The notes: a model not told the origin generated them from the sequence alone. DNA of 63,763 bases, filler included, from Collodictyon triciliatum (GCA_043381765.1; 29 parts of 29 records of this genome joined end to end with filler, not necessarily neighbours in it); one strand, 5' to 3'; positions 1-12,808 are shown, numbered from the whole stretch's first letter. A program made the numbers and translations.

Positions 1-113
1 ACAAAAAACAAAAAACAAAAAACAAAAAACAAAAAACAAAAAACAAAAAACAAAAAACAAAAAACAAAAAACAAAAAACAAAAAACAAAAAACAAAAAAC
101 AAAAAACAAAAAA
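1..113. repeat. (ACAAAAA)n heptamer microsatellite at a contig end; representative of many simple repeats (AAT, GTTT, GAAAA, CTTT, GTAT, ACATAAA, GAGATA, GTTCTCTT) at contig ends
   Basis: Perfect tandem repeat read directly from the sequence. Confidence 0.95.
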
Positions 114-151
114 CATGAAGTCAATAACAGGGCAAAAGGAAAAAACAGAAA

Positions 152-547
152 TTGAAAGCATGTGCAACGAAGTTTGCCAATACTAATTTATGTCCAATTC
201 ATAAAATAACACTCTGCGGACGATGCACTCTTGAAGCCTTAACTGTACTGAAGAACAATAAACACGACCATCCAAAATTTAAGGAAACCAACGGCTCAGA
301 TATGAATGCGTGGAAAATACTCTATCAAGGAATTCATCGACTCGTCTATGATATTTTCAGAGATGAGAAAATCTTGCCATGGTCTATAGCGGCCCAATAA
401 AATGTGAATGAAGTATTTATTGGCAGATGTTGCTGAAGTTGACGGTTGTACACAAGCAGAAATTATTCGTTCTTCCTTGCAGTAAATTATACGACCATGC
501 TTGAGAGTATCTCCAAGATTATATCTATAGATGGCTGTCATGGTTAA
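152..547 (+). pseudogene. Probable degenerate Mutator-like (MULE) transposase fragment
   Basis: One frame reads YSFFLAVNYTTMLESISKIISIDGCHG* (DGCH at 530-541), resembling the MULE first catalytic Asp motif (V/I)ISIDG(T/C)HL. Upstream AWKIL...KILPW resembles the preceding MULE segment. Stops and frameshifts are present. Confidence 0.4.
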
Positions 548-617
548 ACATCAAGAAATAGAAACAGATGTGATATATGATAAATATCTATGTTGGATTT
601 ATTATTAATCAATCATG

Positions 618-667
618 CCAACATCTTCACCATCCTGCACAAAATTGAATGGAAGAATAAAAAAAAA
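618..667 (+). mobile_element. Family-B non-LTR retroelement 3' tail (50 bp) with an 18-bp perfect target-site duplication
   Basis: TATTATTAATCAATCATG at 600-617 and 668-685 flanks CCAACATCTTCACCATCCTGCACAAAATTGAATGGAAGAATAAA(A)n. The core is shared with 3853-3977 and 6672-6818. Confidence 0.8.
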
Positions 668-2035
668 TATTATTAATCAATCATGACAAACCAGTGCAGT
701 ACCAAAAAAAAACCATTCATGAACCATTCATGAGGCTCAAAAAATAGGATAATGGCTATTTAAAGTGCTTTAGTTGTTATAAATATCACGAGCTAATAAT
801 CAAACACACATAGCATGTACTCAAGCGTAAAAACGATACACATGAGAACCATCTGTACAAATATTTAGCCAAAAAAATTCAACCATCACAACTACAAGAA
901 TCGTCATTTGGTGTTCCTTGCTTACAGTTACTAGGGTCATGAAACAAATGTTGAAAAAAACACTCCATTATTGCAATTAAATTGCACCATTTCAACTCCG
1001 CCACATCCGATATAATTGGGATATTCCCTTCATGAACCTATGATACACTGAATTTCTATTGTAATTCTGAGTTATCCAGTTTTCCAATATTCCCATGGGC
1101 ATGAAAATCTTATAGATGATGAGTTACCCTAAAACCCTGCTATGGTCTATTTTTTTCACATCCAAAGCTATGTTATATGGAAGGTTTAATCGCGGTTCTG
1201 ACAAAGTGGTATCCGAGGGCATCCAACAAACATCTCCATCCGTGGAGAATATGCTTTTTGATGAGCAATACTCGAGATATGAATTGTATTTCATAACTTA
1301 CTGGTAAACATACTATGCAGAAGCTATGGGACAGTATGATTCCAAGGATAGTTTTTATTTCCTTTGTCTGTCGTTGCTTTGTATCGCGTGGACAATCTTG
1401 CTATTCATGATTCTTGATGAGTACGGCTGGCGGAATTCCACAAGCCAAATTCTCTCTGTCTTTATTTCGTAGATGTTTCACGACTCATGTTGAGAGAAGC
1501 AGAGTCTTTAAGAAATAATCACAGGCCCATCTAATCACGATTCTGCTATTACAGGGAACATGTTTTGCATATGGAAATTGCCTTTTGAATTGCCTGATTC
1601 CTGCCGCCCAAACCTACCAAGCCGTCTTCTTCTGCGTGGGTGTTGGCGCCCTTGATGACCATTCCATCATTTCCGTGCACATAGTCCTTCACAAGGCTGT
1701 TCATTTTGGAAGAACCTCGGCCCACCCAAAGCACAAATGGAAAGGACACCCAGAAACAGACACCAGCCTTTGCCACGAAGAGAAGAGAAAACAGAAAACG
1801 GCATGAAAAAAAAAGCCAAGCTCTACGCATACATGCCATTTTAAATACGCACACCAGATACAAATCCGGAATTCATATGTTCCCACAGCCACCGCACTCT
1901 TCCCAACAACTGAAAACCATATTCTTGAAGTGGATTCCAATGTTGAAAGAATCAAAAACAAAAAACAAAAAACAAAAAACAAAAAACAAAAAACAAAAAA
2001 CAAAAAACAAAAAACAAAAAACAAAAAACAAAAAA

Positions 2036-2135
2036 NNNNNNNNNNNNNNNNNNNNNNNNNNNNNNNNNNNNNNNNNNNNTTAATTAATTAANNNNNNNNN
2101 NNNNNNNNNNNNNNNNNNNNNNNNNNNNNNNNNNN
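2036..2135. other. Artificial contig linker (N44-TTAATTAATTAA-N44); first of 28 copies, recurring about every 2.13 kb
   Basis: An identical all-frame-stop 12-mer sits centred in N runs near 2080, 4215, 6350, 8485 ... 61683. Flanking segments are nearly equal in length and mostly end in microsatellites. Confidence 0.97.
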
Positions 2136-2964
2136 AAAAAAAAAAAAAAAACAAAAAAAAACAATAAAAAAACAAAAAAAAAACAATAAAAAAACAATAA
2201 AAAAACAATAAAAAAACAATAAAAAACAATAAAAAAACAATAAAAAACAATAAAAAAACAATAAAAAAACAATAAAAAACAATAGATCAAACATTTGGAT
2301 GATACTGTGTTTTCTATGAACAGACTCTAAACGAACATAAGAAAATGGGAAAATGTTCATAAGATAACATAACATAATTAAGCATAACAAACATGTATCT
2401 GGGGTTCGGAGTATGTGCCAAAGCAGCATTACATCCTTTGAAATGGTAAACATTTGAAACGACTAATCATAATTCAAATAAAACCTAAATGACTAAACGT
2501 TTGAATTACAGATATTTAATTATAAATTGTAGATAATTGATCATATACACTGGTTTATATGTTTTTGATATTGCCTAACGGGATTATCGGTTCCTGAATC
2601 CGAAAAAATGTGGGGCCAAATTGAAGCATAATTCTCGGCTGGGCGTTGGTGCGCAGTTAGTAAAGTGACAGGCTAGGATTGCATGCATATGAGCGATTCG
2701 GTGTCATTCACAACAATTGTATGAAACTTCTTAAAATTGTATTTTATTGACGATATTGATCGACATGCAGAAAGGAAAGCATAAATATGAATAATTTCAT
2801 GTAATTCAGATATCAACGCAGAAGCGCAATTAAGCTGGTTAGAAGGAGAACGTACAACAAACGTATTAGTTATGAGACGATGATGAACTAATTTTAAATA
2901 ATAAGAAACATAAACATAAACAGAAACAGAACAAGAACAAGAAAAATATTAAGAATAAGAAAAG

Positions 2965-3071
<107 letters not shown>

Positions 3072-3852
3072 GGAAAAGGAAAGAGGAAAAGAATAAGAGG
3101 AAATGAATAAGAGGAAAAGAATAAGGAAAAAAGAAAAAGAAAAGAAAAAGACGAAAAGGAAAAGGAAAAGGAAATGGAAAAATTCAATTCTTACTCTTTT
3201 CCGTGATTTCGACGAGATCCTCAAAGGACACGGTGTGCTATCAGCGATCGCCTCGAACAGTTGCTGGGAAAGCCCAAGGTTGGCCACGCGGTCGACAACA
3301 GTTTCTTCTCCATTGTATTTCACTGCACAATAAAGAGAGTATTTATGCTGATGTTATTTGGGGCTCTTCACAACACGCTGGCTTTGAAAGCAGATATGCA
3401 GCGATTCAGTCTGCTTCGTCTCTGGCTTTCCTGCTTTGTGAGTTGCTGCGATTTCCTGTTTGATATTTTGTGATTCTGCTTGATCGAGGTAATCGCTTTG
3501 ATCTGGAAAGACTGAAGATTCATAGAAATACAGCTTATTCGGTGGATTGAGATTCGTTATATAAGGGAGGAAGCGCATCCACAACGCCACTAAATCTTCC
3601 ATTTTTCTATTTCTTTTTTTCTTTCCTTTCTGGTTTTTGAATGAGTGTTGGCTGGTTCTTCGATTGGTAGATGCAATAGTGTTTCCTTGGGATTGAGGAC
3701 GGCGATGCATTCCTTATCAACATGGGCATCACGAAGAAGACCAACGGCTGCATAACAGGCGCGGGCGGGAGGTTTCTTGGTGAAGACTTGCGAATGGCAG
3801 TTATATGCTGTGTAAAGATATTCATCCTCACCTTGTCTCTCTCATGCAAGCA

Positions 3853-3977
3853 CATGATGCAATTAATAATTACCGACTACTTCTCTGCCACCCGGCCACC
3901 AAGTAGCGTCCATGCAAGCGATGCTAGCGAACCAGCCAACATCTATCATCCTGCACAAAATTTGAAAATTATAAAAT
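3853..3977 (+). mobile_element. Family-B dispersed repeat (3' end of a retroelement)
   Basis: CATGATGCAATT..TTACCGACTACT..CACCCGGC..AAGTAGCGTCCATGCA..GCCAACATC..CATCCTGCACAAAATT is shared with 6672-6818 and 618-667. Confidence 0.7.
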
Positions 3978-4386
3978 TAAGCGTGTGGAATGGCTTTAAC
4001 CATCGGGACTCAACTAAAGTGTACAGCTGTATTAGCGAGAGTATTTATAGGTATACTTATAATCCATTTCCTTACATCGTAATCAACGCCTTACAATATC
4101 GCGTAATCAATCATATATGTTCATAATATACATTTTCCACAAATAATAGCCTCTCAAGTCGACGAATATGNNNNNNNNNNNNNNNNNNNNNNNNNNNNNN
4201 NNNNNNNNNNNNNNTTAATTAATTAANNNNNNNNNNNNNNNNNNNNNNNNNNNNNNNNNNNNNNNNNNNNTTTCTTTATTCCATTGCATTTGGAGGTGAT
4301 TTCATTTTCGATTTATTTTATGTGTAGTGACATATCTCCCAGCTTTTATCCTTCAGATTATGAAGAAAAAAGTTTATGTGTAGGAA

Positions 4387-6305
4387 TCACTCGTTCGATG
4401 CAGACGATACACAAGACTCGTTGATTTTCCAGCTCCCGCTCTCCGTAGATTCACTTTTGATTGAAGATTCCAGAGCGGTATTCTCTTCTAAACCTAAAAC
4501 GCTATTCGCCCAGACATAATCATCAGGTTTCCGAGACAATATCCGTTTTGCATTGGTACCCGATACCAGCTTTTTGCGTGGAGTTAGCACTGAAAGTAAA
4601 TCGTCAAAGGACTCATCATCCTTTCTAAAGCGTAAAGATTCGGGTTCGTTGTTCCCCAAATCATCCAAAACGCGACAATAAATCGACCCGCTATGACTGG
4701 CTCCGCAATCAGCGGAGTTGGAAGGAGGCCTAGTTATAAGTAGACTCTGTAAAAACAAGAAAAACTATAGGTTTTCAGATATAATAAATCCATTTCGGAA
4801 AGATGAGCTGTAGGTTAAATTAATTTGGTAAGAATAATTAATGTTGATATGGTCATGAATGAAAAATAATAATAAAGATACAAAGAAAAAACCTAAATAG
4901 ACTTTTATGAAGGATGTCGAAGGGGGTTTTCATAATCTCCTGTCTTTCGTCCCACTCTTCTTTTCCTGGACTCTTCATCTTCTCAAATTTGCTTTCAAAC
5001 GAATTTGATTCCAGGTCTAAAGATCCCATGGTAATGGCATCCTTGTCAGAGCTCAGGCTCTTTGGTGCAGGAGATGCGGGAGATGCTGCAATAGTTTCAA
5101 GACTAGGGTTAAATCGCATTTGATATGGTGACGTTTGCTTAAAGAAGAATCCATTTTGGACCCTTATTCCAGGAGAACTTTCGCGTGCATTTCCTCTGGG
5201 TGATTGTGTAATATTGTTTGTTGGTGCTGATCCCTTTTCTATTGTAGGAAGTGAAATGGAACGTCCATCGCGTTGGTTTTGATTCTGGTCCGGTGCTTTA
5301 GATTTAGAAAATCGCAAGGGCGACTGTTTTAGAGAGAAACTCTGCTTCTCTGTGACACTTCGCATAGTTCGAACTGGCGATGCTTTGTTTGACTGATTTA
5401 AAGCGGATTTCTCATCAGACGTCGCTATCAGCGGTGGCGATGAAGTACTGTATACATGGGAAAGATATTATATTTATACAATCTAAGTTAGTGGCTCAAT
5501 AAATGTCAACTACAATCTATATTCCATTCTATTATCACTTTGGTAACGTCAGCGCCAAGTCGGTCATAATCCCAGATTTTATAAATCTGATGTTAAAAAA
5601 ATAATATTTTAATATCACTTGACAATAAAGATGTCTGTACTTATGTATATGAATTACAAATTTATCTTGTCTTTTAAATACATACAATACCTTGAAAAGC
5701 TGTACTTGGATAAGTGATTCCAAGCAATTTTGTAGGAAGTATCGAATACGTGTGGGGATATGTCTCTCGATTGTGAATTTGTTTCCTAAATAAGAAGATA
5801 TATATATATATATAAAAGACAACATTATTTTGCTTTATTTTACAAAGACATAATTACAATGAAATTCCTAAGTATTCACAAAATAAATAAAATTACACAG
5901 TCTACCTGAGACGATTTACCAGAATGAAACTTTTCGTCTAGGATTGCCAGCAACTCAGAGGGAAAATGAAGTCTACATCTCAAGGGCTCTTTCATGAAGT
6001 TCTGTTCGTATTTAAACATTATTAAGGAAATATCCCACATATTACTTTACTAATTTGAGAGGACTTTACTCGATATATGTCCTCCGCTTGCTTTGCTGCT
6101 GTATCTTTTTGAGTAGATTTTTTCATATCTTCAACAGCATCGCAAAACAAGAGAAGCTCATTTGAACCGATCTATGGGTACAGTTATTATATGAATGGGT
6201 GATGCATTCTATGTATAAAATAAGAATGAATTCAAACTGAGAGCAAATATCTTTCGAATATTTTATGGCCCTTAGGATTTTTCGTTAGGTCAGAGAATGA
6301 CATCT
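4387..6305 (-). CDS. RGS (regulator of G-protein signalling) domain protein with a Ser-rich C-terminal region; multi-exon, partial
   Basis: Spliced exons give SFSDLTKNPKGHKIFERYLLS|IGSNELLLFCDAVEDMKK...KQAEDIYR|...VFDTSYKIAWNHLSKYSFSR|FIKS, following the RGS helix pattern. GT-AG introns. Confidence 0.75.
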
Positions 6306-6671
6306 NNNNNNNNNNNNNNNNNNNNNNNNNNNNNNNNNNNNNNNNNNNNTTAATTAATTAANNNNNNNNNNNNNNNNNNNNNNNNNNNNNNNNNNNNNNN
6401 NNNNNGTTTGTTTGTTTGTTTGTTTGTTTGTTTGTTTGTTTGTTTGTTTGTTTGTTTGTTTGTTTGTTTGTTTGTTTGTTTGTTTGTTTGTTTGTTTGTG
6501 TGTTTGTGTGTTTGTGTGTTTGTGTGTTTGTGTGTTTGTGTGTTTGTGTGTTTGTGTGTTTACTTGGCTCTTTTAGCCAATCTCGAAACTCAACAAGCAT
6601 GATTCACAGCAACATTCTTTTCCTCTCGTTAAGGGCACAGTGTAGGATGACCCAGGCTACAGGCCAAACTG

Positions 6672-6818
6672 CATGATGCAATTCCTGATTACCGACTACT
6701 ACTCCGTCACCCGGCTACTAAGTAGCGTCCATGCAGACGATGGCCAGCGAACCAAAGCCAACATCCTCACCATCTCGCACATAATTCAAAGGAATGTTAA
6801 TAATAATGATAATAATGA
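6672..6818 (+). mobile_element. Family-B retroelement 3' end with an AAT-rich tail
   Basis: Homologous to 3853-3977 and 618-667. It abuts the family-A LINE tail on the opposite strand. Confidence 0.7.
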
Positions 6819-7720
6819 TTTTTCCCTTTATTCGATTCAAAGTGCAGCGAGGTTATGCCATACAGAGGGGCGGGATGGGAGCGCATGGTAGAGAGCAACC
6901 GCGAGTAGAAGAACACTACTGTGGAGAGGATAGCACTGGAAAGAAATCAGTGCTAGCGAGTTGGTCAGGTGGGCGACCCAACTGGTTGATTAGCTGCGTG
7001 GGTAGCAGGGGTTGGATGTGCTGTGGGAGATATCGCACGGCACATTCCCACATCTCTCTTCACTCGCGGTCAGAGTAGCGAAGAATGCGGGCGTGTTTCA
7101 GCAAGCTGTTCAGGAAGCTGTATTGCACGAGGCTTTCCAGCCTGGATACACTGATATCTCGTTCAGGTGAATCATTAGAGCGAGAGAATGCATGCACACT
7201 CCATAGGGACCACAGCATATGTCCCCTTGTGACTGTCCAGAGTATTCTAGAGTCGTGGGTCATTTGGTATTGTGGGCCAAACAGGATTCTGACGCGCTGA
7301 GTCGGTTGGGAGCATAATCAAGCCCAGAGAGCATCTTGTGGATAGATTCTGTCACTTTTTGAGCGAAGGGACATTGCACAAATGTGTGCTCAATGGATTC
7401 ATCACGGTTGCTGCAAAGTGTGGATTGTTGGGAGACTTTGCCAGCTTTTGCCCCGCGTGTGCCTATCCATAGCTCCCTATTGGTGATATTAAGCATTAGA
7501 GAGCGATGATTTGGAAGGACTTGCGGGGTTCGTGATTGTCTCCAGCTCGCGGTGAGCGGGGTGTGGGTGATGCCCAGTGTTTCTCCCCACCGTTGATATT
7601 TTGACATTTTGTAGGGATTCGGGCTGATGATTTTATATCGAAAGAATTTGGGGTAGGACATATCCATCGAAAACTGGATAGACTGCTCACCGTTAGACGA
7701 GCGTGCGTTCATGAGGCGAA
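6819..7720 (-). mobile_element. Family-A L1/Tx1-like LINE, degenerate ORF2 C-terminus (zf-RVT) and 3' end
   Basis: LCSNRDESIEHTFVQCPFAQKV is a zf-RVT-type Cys/His motif, followed by ILWTVTRGHMLWSLW. It ends in GCACTTTGAATCGAATAAAGGGAAAA. Frameshift and stop present. Confidence 0.8.
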
Positions 7721-8292
7721 AAAAGAAAAATGGCGACTGGATGTCGTAAGGGATTAAAACGTCCCCTATCTTTTGCTTTCTACCTTGTTTTGTTACCCAC
7801 ATTCCATACAATTCTCAATCACCAACGAAAATCCAAAATTAATGAATTTACTCCGCCCTCCCCTTTGTTGTCCGCTAATTCCTTTCAAATTATTTTAAAC
7901 GTTGCCAACACTTTTTATCCAGACTTTGAATAGAAGGATGAAAAAGAACTTTGTTGCTCTGTAAAAAACCTGCGGAACGAGTCCAAATTTTCGACAACAT
8001 GATTATAAATTCCACATTTGAACAACACATCTGCAAAGTGTCACCGCTATATCGGACAAGCTCGTTTTCAACCGGCAGGAAACCAATCTTTTGAAGAGAG
8101 TCACCTCGAAGTCGACTCTGAAGTGTTCTGCTATTCGACCAGACCGCAAGACGAAAGTCGGACAAACAAACCAAAAAAAAGCCGTGTAAGAAGCCCAAGA
8201 ACCCTGAGGAGGAAGGGATGTGTTGTCTACCTTACATTCCACTAGTAAATTGAGAGCCTCTTTCTCATTATTTTATCTTTTCTCATCATTTT

Positions 8293-8320
8293 CTTTGAAT
8301 CGAATAAAGGAAAAAAAAAA
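8293..8320 (+). mobile_element. Family-A LINE tail-only insertion (28 bp) with an 18-bp TSD
   Basis: CTTTGAATCGAATAAAGG(A)10 is flanked by ATCTTTTCTCATCATTTT (8275-8292) and ATCTTTTCTCAACATTTT (8321-8338). Confidence 0.8.
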
Positions 8321-9550
8321 ATCTTTTCTCAACATTTTATCTTTCTTCTTTTGGCACAACAAACAAAAACCCAAGCAAAGAGGAGGTGACTCAGCAACCA
8401 ACCGATGGATTACATTAAGATCTCAGAAGGCTCAGACGAANNNNNNNNNNNNNNNNNNNNNNNNNNNNNNNNNNNNNNNNNNNNTTAATTAATTAANNNN
8501 NNNNNNNNNNNNNNNNNNNNNNNNNNNNNNNNNNNNNNNNGAGGTATTTTAATCTTAAATCTATGCACAATCACAAAAACTCATAGACATACATATAATT
8601 ACATTCTCATTAATTCTACTATTAACTGATTCAAAGTCCTTTTTTTTTCTTCATCTACTTATTTAACCGCACAAATAGCTTCAAACACACTCGCTTCCCG
8701 TCTTTGGCTCATTGTGCAGCCTCACATGAATACATCTATTATCTGCTATTCTTTTTATCCTTACTTTTTTCTCTCTCTATCTCTCCTTATTGGTCTCTCG
8801 TGAAGTCATCCACATGACAGGTTTCATATATACATTTTTCCCCAAAGAGCAAATGTCCAACGCCCATTCCCCTTTGAAGCCTGTATGCCAAAATCAACCA
8901 GTTTCAAAATCCAATATAAAATTGAATTAAATTAAAACTCATCAAAAGGAACGAACAAAGAAAAAGAAAAAAGTGTTGACTAATATAAATAACGCCAATA
9001 ACTTTAATTTTTTTTTGTTTTCTTCTACCACCGAATGTAGCTTGTAGAGTTCGATATACATTTTTCTTTTAATAGGGGTCCATTTATTTCCAGAAGCATC
9101 ATATGAGACTGTATTTTTTTTTTTGGTTTTTTGCAGGGCGAATTATTCATATTTTTCTCATCTCAGTCCGTTCCATTCTTCAACTTTCTTAACCTTAACG
9201 TCGAATTCTACTACCTAAAAAATAAAGGCACACTTACCAACGAGATGAGAAATGGCACCGATTTATGAATACATGCAAGGTTCCATATCCACCGAGAGGA
9301 TTACAATATTTCGAACAAAAAAATAAGATACGAAAGAGGTAAAAAAAAAAAATCAAGAAAGCCTATGACGAGGTACTCAGAAATTGATGAATACCAATCA
9401 ACAAACTGCAAAGAGGATGCAATATACATTTTAATAGCTACATATCGTGTATAAATATCACTCTTAAGAAGGAAGAAACGCACGGGCATTATGCAGCGAC
9501 AATTTAGTCGAGGGCAGGGCTTGAATGAGGCTATAGATGCACATTAGAGT

Positions 9551-10343
9551 TTAGTAATAACCACCACAAACTACGACATGTCGATGCAAAACAGAGCCTA
9601 CTGCAGCGCCTTCGCCCGGGGAATCGACGCCGTCATGTGAAGACGCTGAGCCTGGATGAGTCTGTGCAGATTGTGGGGTGTCGCTGAGAAAGCTGAGGAA
9701 TTCGTCGTTGGACATTTGCTGTATTGTTGATGAGGCGGCATTCGCTGGAGGCGCCTGCAGCTGGCCGATCTGGATTGAGCCGATTAATTCTGCCAACATG
9801 GCATCTGTGACTGCAATATTCGCTGCATTAGTGGCGGGATTGGGGTTTGTGTTTGAAGGTGTTGCTTGTGTGCTATTTCTCTGGGGCGGACTTGAGGCGG
9901 AGGCCGAAGATTTATTCCCCACAGGCTCGACAAGGTCGTTGCTAACGATGGTAATTCAACGGAGATACAGATTTTAAATGTTCACATCCCGACAGATACA
10001 ATAATAAAATGCACAAGCAAGAAGAAAAATGAATATAAATAAATAAAAAAAAAAAAAGAGGAGGATAAATATGACATACACATAGATTCTGGAGAGTTCT
10101 TGAAAGAAAATATACATACCTTTGGAACCTAACTTCAAGACCAGAGCCAAAGTAATCAAGCATGTCATCATACTCTTCATGTGGAACACGATTTGATTGA
10201 TGCTGCAGAGGTGTTGATACAGCAAGGCTTTGCCTCGACTGAGTTCTGGGTTCTGTGCCTACTGCACTAGGCGTGTGTTGTCTTTGTGCATATGGGTTTG
10301 AAAACCGCGCCCCAGACTGGGAAGTTGTTTGAGTTTGTGGCAT
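9551..10343 (-). CDS. Hypothetical low-complexity (S/T/Q/P/N-rich) protein; at least two exons, boundaries approximate
   Basis: Two GC-richer open frames (9551-9922 and 10120-10343) are separated by an AT-rich intron-like stretch with a GT donor. No domain recognised. Confidence 0.4.
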
Positions 10344-10674
10344 TCTTTGTCCAGAGCTTCTCGTTTGACCGAAAAATTGAATTGGAATGTCAGACTCATC
10401 TACCTCGTGCTCATATGCAGCTGCAGCGCTTTGTTCGAGTTGCTAAACGTTTGATAATGGGGTCCAGATAAAAACAAAAAGAAAAAAAAGAAAAAGAAAA
10501 AGAAAAAGAAAAAGAAAAAGAAAAAGAAAAAGAAAAAGAAAAAGAAAAAGAAAAAGAAAAAGAAAAAGAAAAAGNNNNNNNNNNNNNNNNNNNNNNNNNN
10601 NNNNNNNNNNNNNNNNNNTTAATTAATTAANNNNNNNNNNNNNNNNNNNNNNNNNNNNNNNNNNNNNNNNNNNN

Positions 10675-11763
10675 TAATGTTTTGATTTGGTTTCCTGTCA
10701 CTATATCCCAAATACATATTGTTTTATCACCACTTCCAGAAGCCAACCACTTTTCACCATTCGGTCCTTGAATACTACAAACACTACTGACATTACTTGT
10801 ATGACCTTCCAATTTTTTGATTTGGTTTCCTGTGGTTACATCCCAAATACGAATTGTTCCATCATTACTTCCAGAAACCAGCCAATTTTCACCATTCGGT
10901 CCTTGAATACTGCAAACACTATTGACATTGCTTGTATGACCATATAATGATTTGATTTGGTTTCCTGTGGCTACATCCCAAATACGTATTGTTTTATCAT
11001 GACTTCCAGAAGCCAACCAAATTTCTCCATTCGGTCCTTGAATGCTGCAAACACAATTGACATCTTTTGTATGACCTTCCAATTTATTGATTTGGTTTCC
11101 TGTGGCTACATCCCAAATACGTATTGTTTTATCATGACTTCCAGAAGCCAACCATTTTTCACCATTCGGTCCTTGAATACTGCAAACACTAGTGACAGCA
11201 TATGTATGACCTTCTAATTTTTTGATTTGGTTTCCTGTGGCTACATCCCAAATACGTATTGTATTATCACGACTTCCAGAAGCCAGCCAATTTTCATCAT
11301 TCGGCCCTTGAATACTGCAAACACTAATGACAGAATCTGTATGACCTTTTAATGTTTTGATTTGGTTTCCTGTGGCTACATCCCAAACACGTATTGTTCC
11401 ATCATAACTTCCAGAAGCCAACCAGTTTTCACCATTCGGTCCTTGAATACTGCAAACACTATAGACACCATCTGTATGACCTTTCAATACTTTGATTTGG
11501 TTTCCTGTAGCTATTTCCCAAATACGTATAGTTTTATCTTCACTTCCAGAAGCCAGCCAATTTTCACCATTCGGTCCTTGAATGCAGCAAACACTCATGA
11601 CATAATTTGTATGGCCTTCTAATGTTTTGATTTGGTTTCCTGTGGCTACATCCCAAATACGTATTGTTTTATCACGACTTCCAGAAACCAGCCAATTTTC
11701 ACCATTCGGTCCTTGAATGCTGCAAACACTAGTGACAGCATATGTATGACCTTCCAATTTATC
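10675..11763 (-). repeat. Coding tandem repeat, 135-bp (45-aa) unit, at least 8 copies
   Basis: The unit recurs every 135 nt with high DNA identity (for example GATTTGGTTTCCTGT and ACCATTCGGTCCTTGAAT). Confidence 0.95.
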
Positions 11764-12521
11764 ATTCAGAATTCCAAACTTCACATTATTCATATTTGCT
11801 TTATCAAAAACACAATCACCAAGCATCGAATTCGTGAAATCAACACCATCCAAGTTGGCACCAGGGAGGATTGCACCATCAAGGATTGAGTTACTGAGAT
11901 TTGCATGTGGAATTTTGATGTTTGATAAATCCATCCCACCGAACGAAATATTCATGAAATTCAAAACTGTGATTGCATTAGATGCAACCTTTGCTTTGCT
12001 CTCATCAGTTTTTGACATGTAGACAATTCTGAATAACGATGCGATGATTTGCTCACGATTCCATTCTTCATCTAGTTTTGCATCATCAAGAGTTTCACTG
12101 ATGAATTCCTTGACTCTTGTAAACTCCACAGGCTCTTTGTTGATTCCAGTTTCCTTTGAATGGACGGACAAGTATTCGCACGAGTTTAATGTTCTGGGGT
12201 GAATCCATCCGAGTTTATCTGCGAATCTGTCTCTCATCTCAGCCCAGAATGCGACGCCAATTTCATACAGCTTGTTCTCTTTGCAGTATTGATGTACATT
12301 CTCACAAGCCACCCAGCAGTCCCAGTTTTCATAGGATGACTTTTCACCATGTCTAACAGCAGCTGTTTTGTAAAGCTGAATGGTGGTTTCATGCTCTTTC
12401 TTGTCCTTCATAAGTTCCGCAATCCTTGTACATTGTGAACCATCTTTCAGTGACATGTTTGTCTTTGTCTCCTTTCTGATAGCAGCTGCCTTTTGGAAGT
12501 ATTCCACGACTTGGTCCAATC
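10675..12521 (-). CDS. TPR-like + pentapeptide-repeat + WD40 protein (C-terminal part of a STAND/NWD-type protein); long exon truncated by the contig end
   Basis: Helical segment with GWIHPRTL, then ASNAITVLNFMNISFGGMDLSNIKIPHANLSNSILDGAILPGANLDGVDF (pentapeptide repeats), then 8 near-identical WD40 repeats GHT..V.SVCSIQGPNGE.WL.SGS.D.TIRIWD. Confidence 0.9.
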
Positions 12522-12808
12522 TAAATGCATGCACATTAATTAACAAATATGTAGGGTTTTACAAGTATTAATCAAATTATTCGATTTTTTTAACAAATAG
12601 AGAAATAATCTTTTAAGCTCAAAGTTTGTTCGGCCAATATATTCCAGGAAGCTAGCATTATCAACATCAGAAACATTAAATCCCTTCATATCGATGTTGA
12701 AATCCTCGNNNNNNNNNNNNNNNNNNNNNNNNNNNNNNNNNNNNNNNNNNNNTTAATTAATTAANNNNNNNNNNNNNNNNNNNNNNNNNNNNNNNNNNNN
12801 NNNNNNNN

